From Chrysomallon squamiferum (Eukaryota; Animalia; Mollusca), in assembly GCA_012295275.1 (NCBI GenBank), contig CM022672.1, positions 23,684,001-23,748,000 on the forward strand: a stretch of 64,000 bases of DNA, given 5' to 3'. Of this stretch, positions 28,970 through 38,384 are shown piece by piece. The translations under genes were made by a program, and so were the position numbers. The notes beneath the pieces are model-generated. The model worked only from the letters and a program-made list of their open reading frames with translations, ran no database searches and was not told the origin of the DNA. Each line of letters starts with the position of its first letter. The first letter of the stretch is position 1.

Positions 28970-30321
28970 CAAACAAACTAAAAAACAAAAAACATTTATT
29001 AAAGTATTAGTATTTAAAATGTCATAGTAACATTGTCATATGAATTATTTCTGGTGATTTTTTAAACTTTTATATCAATGCAAATCAAAGGGATAAAATA
29101 AACAAACAAATTTATTAAGTTGTAATTAATCTAATAATTATTTTATTTTATTTCTAGAATAATATTTGAAATTTACCTTTTGATGTTACTGCAGGGCTTG
29201 GAATTTGCTGTTTGAACTCATACATCACTGGAAAAACACAAACACTGCAATTTCCTGAATCAAAAAGTTCCTTAATTGAAACAATGTCCCCACTCATTAC
29301 TGACAGAGTCACTGGATCATCTTTTTTCACTGAGTTCATTGTCCAACAGTCTACCTCATCTGACTGCAATCCATCTACAACTGTTATCATGCAGTTATTA
29401 GTTTTTTCTTCATCACATATTATTTTTATGCCATTATTTGTGCTGTAGAAGTTGAATGAATCTTCATCTAATGGTAGATCATTGGTGTACAGCTGTTTTG
29501 ACATATTTTTTATAGCTTCCACAGTTGAGTGTACCGCATCCATGTTTTGTCCTTTTACAACTAAAATTTGTTTGTTATGTGTTGAAGCATTTATTTTAGT
29601 TTTATACTTTATCTGAATGGCTTGCATTTCTTCAGAGCTGAATTTGTTTAAATAGTCAATTTTCTCTAGTGATAATAGTACAAACCCTTCACAATCACCA
29701 TTCTCATTTTGTGAAAATGAGCTGTTTTCGGGTGATGTGACTGTTATTTCAGCTTTCAGTTTCTCAGTTTTGTCATATACTTGAGCTGCATATGGTTTTA
29801 AACCAACAATCTCATATCCAGTATCTTTTTCTAATTTATTTTGAATATTTGTTGCTGTTTTTTCAAGCCCAAGAAGTTTTGTTACAGGCTGTGAGGACAT
29901 TTTCTCGTGGTGTTCCAAAATGACTTCTTCAACCACTTTCTCTGCTTGTTTTACTTTGTCACCTTCAACATGCAAGACATTTTCTTCTTTAAAATCAAAT
30001 GCATGAATGATATTTAGTTCCATTAATTTTTTACTTAAAAGGTTATGTTTTAAGAAATTAAAAAACCCAGACTTATTCTCACCAGAATATTCTACAATAA
30101 TTCATTTCACCTGAAAACAATTTTGTTATTTTTTCTTTCTCTCTTTTCTTTATTTATTTCCTCTTTTTTTTCATTTATTTATAATGTTTAATTATTTATT
30201 ATTTTATTTTATTTTATCTTATTTTATTATATTATTATTATTATTATTTTTTACGAGTAAGATATTATTCAAAAGATAATATAATACCAGGCTGATCAGC
30301 TCCATCTGAATGGGCTGCCAT
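9864..30321 (-). CDS. Multi-macrodomain / RING / Deltex-C-terminal protein (PARP14/PARP9-like N-half joined to a DTX3L-like C-half), multi-exon
   Basis: GT-AG exons assembled by hand, 5' to 3': 30321-30288, 30110-29177, 28777-28352, 28125-28064, 26435-26217, 25323-25090, 24680-24635, 23868-23755, 23402-23340, 22140-21961, [gap], 20749-20528, 19625-19392, 18977-18932, 18152-18039, 17677-17615, 16070-15891, 15523-15338, 15159-15038, 14660-14624, 14407-14373, 13899-12615, 12124-11670, 10555-10356, 9948-9864. Splice phases agree except for frameshifts near 30100 and in 20528-20749 and across the gap. Motifs: macro VDVLVNSTN..LNQGMISKSLLESAG..IAFPTLGTG; RING; DTC HPNPG..AYLPDNEEG..AFDR..GYPDPDYLKRV. 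Confidence 0.8.
11808..11915 (-). CDS. C3HC4 RING finger
   Basis: CSSC-x12-CKH-x2-CQTC-x7-CPVC immediately before the DTC domain in ORF 11634..12200. Confidence 0.88.
12000..12970 (-). CDS. Degenerate macrodomain directly upstream of the RING
   Basis: PDILIYCDNILHSNVQAIVCW..ISEAAG..IFQTTEGKLQKMVIHALV..SSVAFPVL/..IFEAVEEF..LKQVQIVD follows the macro secondary-structure motif order, but both Gly-rich loops are replaced. Confidence 0.75.
16635..16752. mobile_element. 118-bp MITE with 29-bp terminal inverted repeats (Tc1/mariner-pogo-like ends)
   Basis: Left end ctgtggtaccttgacttaagagtgcacca; reverse complement of right end ctgtggtacgttgacttaggagtgcacca (2 mismatches); preceded by TA. Related 5' ends occur at ~16137 (agtggtaccttgacttacaag) and ~22219. 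Confidence 0.65.
19392..20749 (-). CDS. PARP14 macro2-like macrodomain (copy A; first exon presumably in the gap; exon 20528-20749 frameshifted as assembled)
   Basis: Near-identical to copy B (AFPTLGTGNLNYPPE). Indels of +2 and +1 near 20590-20645 create an in-frame TAG. Confidence 0.7.
21730..21929. other. Scaffold gap (200 N)
   Basis: Run of N. The round size suggests a placeholder of unknown true length. Confidence 0.99.
21940..28021. repeat. Copy B of a ~6-kb direct duplication
   Basis: Colinear with 15870-21729. Lacks ~16445-16855 of copy A and has an extra ~0.55-kb segment at ~27150-27730. Confidence 0.95.
25090..28125 (-). CDS. PARP14 macro2-like macrodomain (copy B, intact)
   Basis: Exons 28125-28064, 26435-26217, 25323-25090 give KIDIHFGELAKQK/VDVLVNSTNTDLYLNQGMISKSLLESAG..AITGPGRL..IFHGALP../..KTIAFPTLGTGILKYPPEIV..VGIVIY. 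Confidence 0.85.
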
Positions 30322-30376
30322 CTTTAAACAATCCAGATCAAACAGCTGTTGCTACTGCAGTTACATTCTGCAAAAA

Positions 30377-30415
<39 letters not shown>

Positions 30416-30554
30416 ATGATCATTTGATACCACCAACCATTCCATCTATATAATTTTCCTTACAAATAATCGCAAGATCCGAAACTATGAATTTAATGTC
30501 AATCGTTTTAATTTCCTATCACAAGTATACAAAATAAATAAATAAAAACGCTAT

Positions 30555-30639
<85 letters not shown>

Positions 30640-30921
30640 AAATTAACATAATTATAAATATTTTCTTCACAGCCTAAGACAGTAAATTGATACTCAATAA
30701 AGACTACACAGAGATAGTCGCATACATACAATGATACATGTACACTACATCAGGAAATAGGTAACTCAGTCAGTGATTTAATATTAATCATATATATATA
30801 CCTGCATTTAATTACATTAGTATAAAGTTATAAACTTATATATATTTTGTAATTAAAATTCAATAGAACTAAATTTTAAATAATAACCGTTCGAATAAAA
30901 AGAATTGCATGAAGAATGTAA

Positions 30922-30975
30922 GGAAATCGAAACCGAAACTGGGAGTTATTAGAAATCGCGTGACAAGTGACGTAA
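30922..30975. promoter_or_regulatory. ISRE (GGAAATCGAAACCGAAACT) plus CRE-like TGACGTAA, copy 1
   Basis: Three GAAA cores with GAAANN spacing, the IRF-binding consensus, ~600 bp upstream of the ATG at 30321. Confidence 0.7.
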
Positions 30976-31455
30976 AATAAAAACTAGACTGGACTATCAG
31001 CTCAATTCGAAATACTGACTTTCGATTAAGATAATAATAATAATAATAATAAGAATAATAATAATGATAATAATAATAATGAAAAAGGTAAATAAATAAA
31101 TGAATAAAAATAAAATAAATAATTAAACATTCATTGCCTTTAAGTTCGGGCTTAAAATAGGAAGTAAATACTGTCCTGTTATTCTGAATTGTTTCGATAC
31201 AGAAAACGTGTTTGAACCAGAATTTCGATTAGTAAGCACGAATACGCAAAATAAAAATTATATAAATTCTTATTTATTTATTTAAGTTCACAAAACTAAG
31301 TAACGGAAAACTTAAAAAATGAGCGTGTATAAATATTAGTTTTTGGGAGTAACTGACAAGATCACAAGAAATTTAACTATTTTTGGTTTCTCGTGCTGCC
31401 CTAGGATTTGAATTCATTATGCACTTTAATTTACAATAATATATGTAATAAGTTT

Positions 31456-31538
<83 letters not shown>

Positions 31539-31839
31539 TGTGTGTGTGTGTGTGTTACATGCACATAATAATTAACATTTTTCTCACAGCAAGCTATATT
31601 GGTACACATATAAAGACCAATCACATATTCATACATGTATGTAAACTTATCCAGCAACCGATTTAATAACAATTACATACACGCGCACACGCAGGTAAAT
31701 GTGATCATAAGAGGAAAAAAGTAATAAACTTATATGGTTTGAAAATAAATTATAATAAAACAAATTTTTAACAATTACCGTTCAAATAAATTCCAAAAAA
31801 AAAAAAAAAAAAATTGAAGCAAGAATATTCGAACATTAG

Positions 31840-31892
31840 GGAAATCGAAACGAAACTGGGAGTTACTAGAAATCGCGGGACGAGTGACGTAC
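31840..31892. promoter_or_regulatory. ISRE (GGAAATCGAAACGAAACT) plus CRE-like TGACGTAC, copy 2
   Basis: Same motif order as copy 1: ISRE, GGGAGTTACT, AGAAATCGCG, TGACGT. Confidence 0.65.
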
Positions 31893-32422
31893 AATAAAAC
31901 AAAATAGACTAACAAAACAGGTCGTATCATGCAATTATGGAGGAGAAAAAAAGAAAAGAAAAAAAAAGTAATAATAATAAGAAGAAGAAGAAGAAGAAAA
32001 AGAAGAAGAAGAAGAAAGAAAGAAAGAAAGAAAGAAAATTAAATAAATAAATGCAAATAAAGAAAGAAAGAAAGAAATAATCAACATAATTAAGAATAAC
32101 ATATGTAAACATTGTTCTGATATTTCGATTTCAAAGCTTCTCGATGCTTTAGAAATTCGAATTAGTAAAAATGAATACATTATTATAAAAATTACCTTAA
32201 TTAATTTATTGATTTATGGTGGGTTAGGAAAAATAACCTTAGCTTTTAGGTTAATAAAATGAGCACATTTGAATATCTTTTAAATATTGGTTTTTCAGAG
32301 AGTGGTAACCCCTAACTATGACGATAATCTACAGGACTCCGATGGAAATAAGTATTTTTACTCTTGTGCTAATCTACTAATTTAAACATTTATGAACTTT
32401 AATTTATATTAATATATGAAAC

Positions 32423-32491
<69 letters not shown>

Positions 32492-32889
32492 ATAAAATGC
32501 ATATAATAACAAATCTTTTCCTTATAGCATAATTAAACCAGTAAATTGATATACAATAAAGACTACAGAGACATGGATGCTTGTACATTTTATCTACAGT
32601 ATAATAATATGCGCAGTTGAAATTATATTATTATAAATTATATATTTTTAAATTAAAATATAATAAAAGAAAATTTAAAACAACTACCTTAAAAAAAGAT
32701 AATAATAATAAATAATAAAAAAAAAGAGATAACAGATACAATATGTTAAGCAAGAAAGTACGAACATTAAGGTAATCGAAAAGTAAAAGTCAAATTAGTT
32801 ATAAACTTGTATATTTTGAAATTAAAATATATTAAAACCAATTTTTAAACAGTTACCAGGAAATAAATTCCAAATGCAAAATTTTGTAA

Positions 32890-32942
32890 GGAAATCGAAA
32901 CAGAAACTAGGAGTTACTAGAAATCGGATGAATAGTGACGCA
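32890..32942. promoter_or_regulatory. ISRE (GGAAATCGAAACAGAAACT) plus CRE-like TGACGCA, copy 3
   Basis: Same motif order as copies 1 and 2. Confidence 0.65.
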
Positions 32943-33124
32943 GAATATAAACTACCGTCTTAACCAATTAAGAAAGAAAAAATTAAATAAAAAAAGTAGA
33001 TAATTAAAATCGTAAAAATAAAATAACATAAATAATGAAAATGTTTTGAAGTCAGAATTATTTCGGAGTAATAAATATGAGTATGGAAAATAATAAAATT
33101 TTCTTTTCAAATTCAATGCTTCTA

Positions 33125-33288
33125 GGTAAATAACATAATCTTGAGCAATTTCACTTTAGTTATGTATTTGCCATGCTGAATAATTAATTTTAATACACAG
33201 ATAATGTGATCGTGTTAAAGTGATTAACTCAAGTCTTTCAAAATGTAAGAAGGATTGACTAACGTGAACACACACACATATACACACG

Positions 33289-33369
<81 letters not shown>

Positions 33370-35170
33370 ACTGGAAACCCATCATATGAATAAAAATACA
33401 TAATACATATAAAATTGAGCAGATTTTTGTTCTCCCTGGAAGTCAGAGCCGTTTAGGCCCAAAGATTGATCAGATCTTCCAAGTAAAATTATTAATTATA
33501 ATTATTTTAACAAATTTCAGAAATATCAAAAATGATCGTCAAAGCTTCTTTAAAAGTGGAAAATATGTTATATTGGTTATTTATAGTTAACAATCGGTTA
33601 GCTGAGCTCATGAAATTCCATAGATAAATAGATAGATAGATCGATAGATAGACAGATAGATTGTACATTAGATACATAGATAGATTGTACATTGTAGCTT
33701 GAGTATGCTCTGCCGGAGAACTGCTGAGATGGACATTTGGCTCGTTCTTCGCCTGAAATTGGTTTACGTCTCCATTTCATTTTTGGCTAATCTTTGTCAG
33801 TCTTATAGTTTGCATTCCTTTAGATCAGTCATTTACGAGTTCACAAAGAGTACACACACTACAAGGAGAAACCCCTATTATAAAACACCGACTTTGAAAT
33901 CTTCGGACATGCTTCTTAGCCTGAGTATCGTCTGGCTGACATCAGCTCAAACGGACATTTGGATGAATATCGCTGGCTCTCTGCCAGATACAGGTCTTTT
34001 ATGTGAGGGTGATACTCAGGCTACATACAGTGAAGAAGAAACTTGTTTAATTAAGAATTTCTGAAACCATAATCAGTCTTTGTTAAACAATAAAAATAAA
34101 ACAATATGCTATGGCACTGGGTATATGAAAGCACAGAGACATTAAGCTATCTCTGATCTTTCAATATCATTCATGTAACTGGTAGAATAAATCGAAAATG
34201 GATGTAATGCGACCTTGTAAACAGATACAAAAATTATTACTACTATCACATTCTATCAGAATATCAGTAGATGAGTCTATGGATTATCTCTTTGCCTTTC
34301 TCAGCCAAATCGGGAGGGGGGGGGAATATATATATATATATAAATATTTTTTTTTTTAGACATAAACCTTGAATTAGTATAAAATATTATGAAATTTGTA
34401 AATAAGATTAGTATTATTCACATACACTCCAGTTTTCAAATATAGATAATTTTATTTTTGTCAGTATGAATATTTATGTTTTAAAATTAATATATTTCTT
34501 TGTCCTGCTTCATCCAGTGATACACTACTAGATCAGCAAAATTAATTTGTTTTAAAACCACAGTCATTTTCTTTTGGCATTTTTATTGTACAGTACATGT
34601 ACATAATTATAGCAAATTAATGGCAATCTTCATAAGTGGGAAAAATTATCCACATACACTCAAATTAACACCAAATGAAATTTAAGCTTACATAAATAAT
34701 TACAAAATTACATCAAATAATAAATAAGATTTTTTATTAATTTATCTCAGAAAATTACACATACATATGTAAAAGTATAATGATATTTCTTCTTTTCAGT
34801 TTAATATAATATAAACAATCATTCATGTATATTATTACAATGATTACAATGACAGCTTTTAAAATTATACCATACATCTCACTCTTTTATGACCAGACAT
34901 TCAGCGAACAGAAAAGAAGTTTATAAAAATATGTAAATAAAATAAGTAACTATTCTAATAATGTTTTTTAGGTTTCAGTCTGTCTCTGTATACAAGGCCT
35001 AATAAAACTGTTCTGTCTTGTACCAAGATGTAAGTGTATGAGAAGGCACTTACGAACTTACATATTCTTAACTGAAATAAAATTTAAAAATTGTTTAAAC
35101 AATTACTGATTTGTCAGTATACGTTCTTAATGTTTTCACCTTAAAACAAACTGTTCTTAATGCAGAACAA
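33125..35170. repeat. Non-coding segment duplicated at 1-1880 (downstream of the C19orf12-like gene)
   Basis: Direct-orientation match to the window start, ~33 kb away. Confidence 0.92.
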
Positions 35171-35327
35171 AGAAACAATAAGAAAAAGTAAGAAAAAAAT
35201 AAAGTAAAATAATAAATAAATAAATACACAGAATCACTCAGCTTGCAGATTATTTAAATTTTGTTATCTATTAATATTTTATTGCATACTAATAAATAAA
35301 AAATGTTATTCAGTCACAGCCATTGTT

Positions 35328-37361
35328 TCAACCACCTCTCATTTCTCTGGTAGCTTTATGGAGAACATTTATCAAAATCTCTCGCTGGGCTTGAAAACCT
35401 ACAAATCTTGTTAAAGCTTCAATTCCTGTGGATCCTATAACCGCTTGAACTTTTTCAACAATTCTTTGTTTTTCCTCATCTGACAATCCCTTTAAAGTTT
35501 CAATTAGGGACTGATATTCATCTCCAACAGCATATCCAATCACTGCACCTGAAATAACAATTACAAAATCATTATTACATAGTAAAATGTAATAATTCTT
35601 CTGACATTTTTCTTCCTGTGTGATATTATTAACTGTTTTAAAGGTTATTCACAATTCTCTTTCAAATTCAGAAAATAAATACTGATAGTGATAATGAGAA
35701 TAATATACATTTCTTAAACAGTACATGCCTCAGTAAATGAAGTTTAAAACTATTGTCTTTAATATTTAAAGTTATGATAAAACTTGATCCTAATCTAAAG
35801 ATAATTTTTTTTATTTAACTTGCTGTTGTGTCTATCCTGGCAAAGTTTATAACAAGATTAAATTAAGACAGTATGCAACATTTTCAAAAACATTTAAATA
35901 TTAAGTGAATTAAGATTATTACTTGACTTCTAAAATTATATAAAATATGCTTTGTTATCTTATCATTTTTGCATTTATGCTTCATTCTCAGTACCTTTAC
36001 AATTACATTAATAATTTGTAATTTCAAGAAACAATAATTATTGCATTAGCTTACACTTTGACAAGCAGTCTATTTTCAGACATGTTTTTCATCTTTCATA
36101 TTAGTAAAAACATACTTCAAGATTCATTAACCAAATGATTAAAAATAACAACTATAAAACAAATTTAAAACGTGATGAACTTAGCAATCATCCCTGGTTT
36201 TGTAAGCTTCAGATTTTTGACTGTCAGAATAAGGTTAAACAACCAATGAAATCCCAAAGTTTTAATTACAATAATTACAAATTTATTGAAATAACATTTA
36301 CAACACAAGTTAATATGCATTATAAGTCATTTTCCCTATCCTATTTGATTATTGATAAAAAAAAACAGACAATGTTTAAACACGAATGACAATTACTGGG
36401 AGCTGCAGTCCATGTTTAGTTTTAAAAGCTATTCATGGAAAACATTACTGGAGATTTTCAAATATGAACACCTGTTATTCCTCCAATTAAAGCACCTGGT
36501 GGTCCACCAATACAGCCTCCAACCAGAGTACCACCTGCACCCCAGGCAACTTGCTTCATGATTCCTACATTAAATAAATAAATATATAAAAACAAACAAA
36601 ACAACAACAACAACAACTAATTAACCCTCAACAAAAAAATAAATGAACAAACCAGAATAAATAAATAAATAAATTAAATATTAAATATTTTGTGCTAGTA
36701 GCAATAATGGCAGTGTATTTTACATTCTTTTTCTTTCTTTTTTCTTTGGCTATAGGTAAATGTATATAAAAGATACAGTTAGCTGAAAAAGAGTAACATT
36801 AAGTACATATATCATTTTAACAGTACATTGCATTTATCATTCATTAGCCTGTTATCTGATAAATCTGATCCATTCATTCCTTTTATTAACCTTGCAGTGT
36901 GTTGCTATTATTCAGTTAGAATAAATGAAAAAATATTTTATTTAACAATGCACTCAAGAAAATTCAGCTGTGATAGGTTATGGTGCATCAGACAATGAAA
37001 AAGGAAATCTGCTGCTGCCACCTTGTGATGAGCAAAGTAGTAAGGACTCTTTTACATGAACTATTCTACAAACAGGTGAGTTCATTCCTTATCTCTGTAG
37101 CTGTACTTGTGGAGTATTGGTGGAAAAAGCTATAACTTGATGGTCCACAAACAGACTGATTCAGTGACTCCCACATTGTGAGCTGACTCTGCAATTGCAC
37201 TACATTGCACTTCTAATTAGAAACAAAGGGACTATTACATTTTTGAGCTAATAAATGTTACCTGCAGCTGTTCGCTTCAGTTCCTTATTAGTTTCCAAGA
37301 TCTCTATGAGATGGTCAAAATATGGAATAAATGCTGCACCAAGAACACCTGCAGCAGCCAT
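35328..37361 (-). CDS. C19orf12: C19orf12 / Nazo-like glycine-zipper membrane protein, 137 aa, 3 coding exons
   Basis: Exons 37361-37262, 36564-36472, 35548-35328 (414 nt, phases 1/1): MAAAGVLGAAFIPYFDHLIEILETNKELKRTAA/GIMKQVAWGAGGTLVGGCIGGPPGALIGGIT/GAVIGYAVGDEYQSLIETLKGLSDEEKQRIVEKV..EMRGG*. Resembles the C19orf12 pattern VGGLVGGPPGLAVGGAVG..LPPAEQQRL. Probable 5' UTR exon donor at ~37954. Confidence 0.85.
36925..37200. mobile_element. Degenerate SINE-like interspersed repeat (intron of the C19orf12-like gene)
   Basis: Shares ordered motifs with 57590-57880 (ttta.ttaa..cac.caa, ggtta, aggaaa.c.gc, acagg). Resembles an abundant gastropod repeat recalled from memory, not searched. Confidence 0.4.
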
Positions 37362-37742
37362 ACTAGAAAGAAAGAAAGAAAGAAAAAATAATAATAATAA
37401 ATAAATACATTAAACAAATAAATAACATTTAAGAAGTTAGTTGATGCAGTTTGCAATGTTATTAAAGAATGGCTGTGTGTATTTCAGTATTAAGTACGCT
37501 TAGTTATTTTGAAACTTTTTTTTTAGCATTAATTTTTCAGAATATTTTATAACAGCACCAGATATATGTTCCACAGGTATAGTGAATATAAGTTTGATTT
37601 CTGAAAAAATGCTTATCTTTCGATTTCTCTTATATAAATAATTATTTAATTGTATTACTTTCTTAACATAAATGTACTTTTTGAGGTGACTGAAATAGAT
37701 AAAAGCAAATTTTTTTTTAACAGGTATATAACTTAAATTTGC

Positions 37743-37774
<32 letters not shown>

Positions 37775-38058
37775 GGATAAGGATAAGGATAATAATAAGG
37801 AAATATCAAATAAATCAAACATAAAATGAATTTAACCAGTCTTACGAAAGACATAAAGTTGTGAATCTTTTTTTTTTTTTTACGAACAAATATATGATAC
37901 ATTCCCTTTCGTTAAAAAACATTTATAAAGAATAGCTTCATTATTCATACTCACAGTTAATACGATATGATTATACTATTCGGAGTATTCCTGTAGACAG
38001 TAGAGTGTGGTAGTACTCTTAATAAGTAATATTATTCGCATTTTCATTTAATTATTTA

Positions 38059-38073
38059 GGGGGAAAACTTTCC
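38059..38073. promoter_or_regulatory. kappaB-like motif GGGGGAAAACTTTCC in the divergent C19orf12/IDE promoter region
   Basis: Resembles Rel-family sites (GGGAAAAC..; reverse strand GGAAAGTTTTCCCC) and stands out in AT-rich flanks. Motif match only. Confidence 0.35.
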
Positions 38074-38384
38074 TTTTTATTTTATTTTATTCATACAAAC
38101 TGTTATTTTGATTTTATAGACAAAGTCATTAAAATTATTCTGTATTTACCTTTTGTATACATATATACAAAATATATATAGTTGAAACAGTCATGAATAG
38201 TCTCGGTCACCAGAGACTGAAAGCTTTAAAATAAAGACGGAAAGACGGATAATAAAAATAAAATCTTCTTCCTGTTACGTGATTCAAGCTTTCGTGAACA
38301 GATGGATCATGTTACGAGTTGAATATCTTGAGAAAGATCAAACCGACCATTAGCAATAACAGTTCATAAAGGTTTCCAGTACAT

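Larger units (their letters stand above)
30557..33120. repeat. Three diverged tandem ~0.95-kb units, each starting with (GA)n
   Basis: Units start at ~30557, ~31460 and ~32427. Shared anchors include agtaaattgata..aataaagactac (30681/32540), the ISRE block, and ttcga(a)ttagtaa..gaatac (31225/32157). Confidence 0.8.

Noticed and set aside
30102-30104. In-frame TGA as possible selenocysteine or readthrough
   Set aside because: The upstream exon enters in a different phase and no SECIS was identified; an indel explains it more simply.
33699-34064. 121-aa plus-strand ORF
   Set aside because: No recognisable motif, and the paralogous copy at ~590-870 is rearranged and does not preserve the frame.
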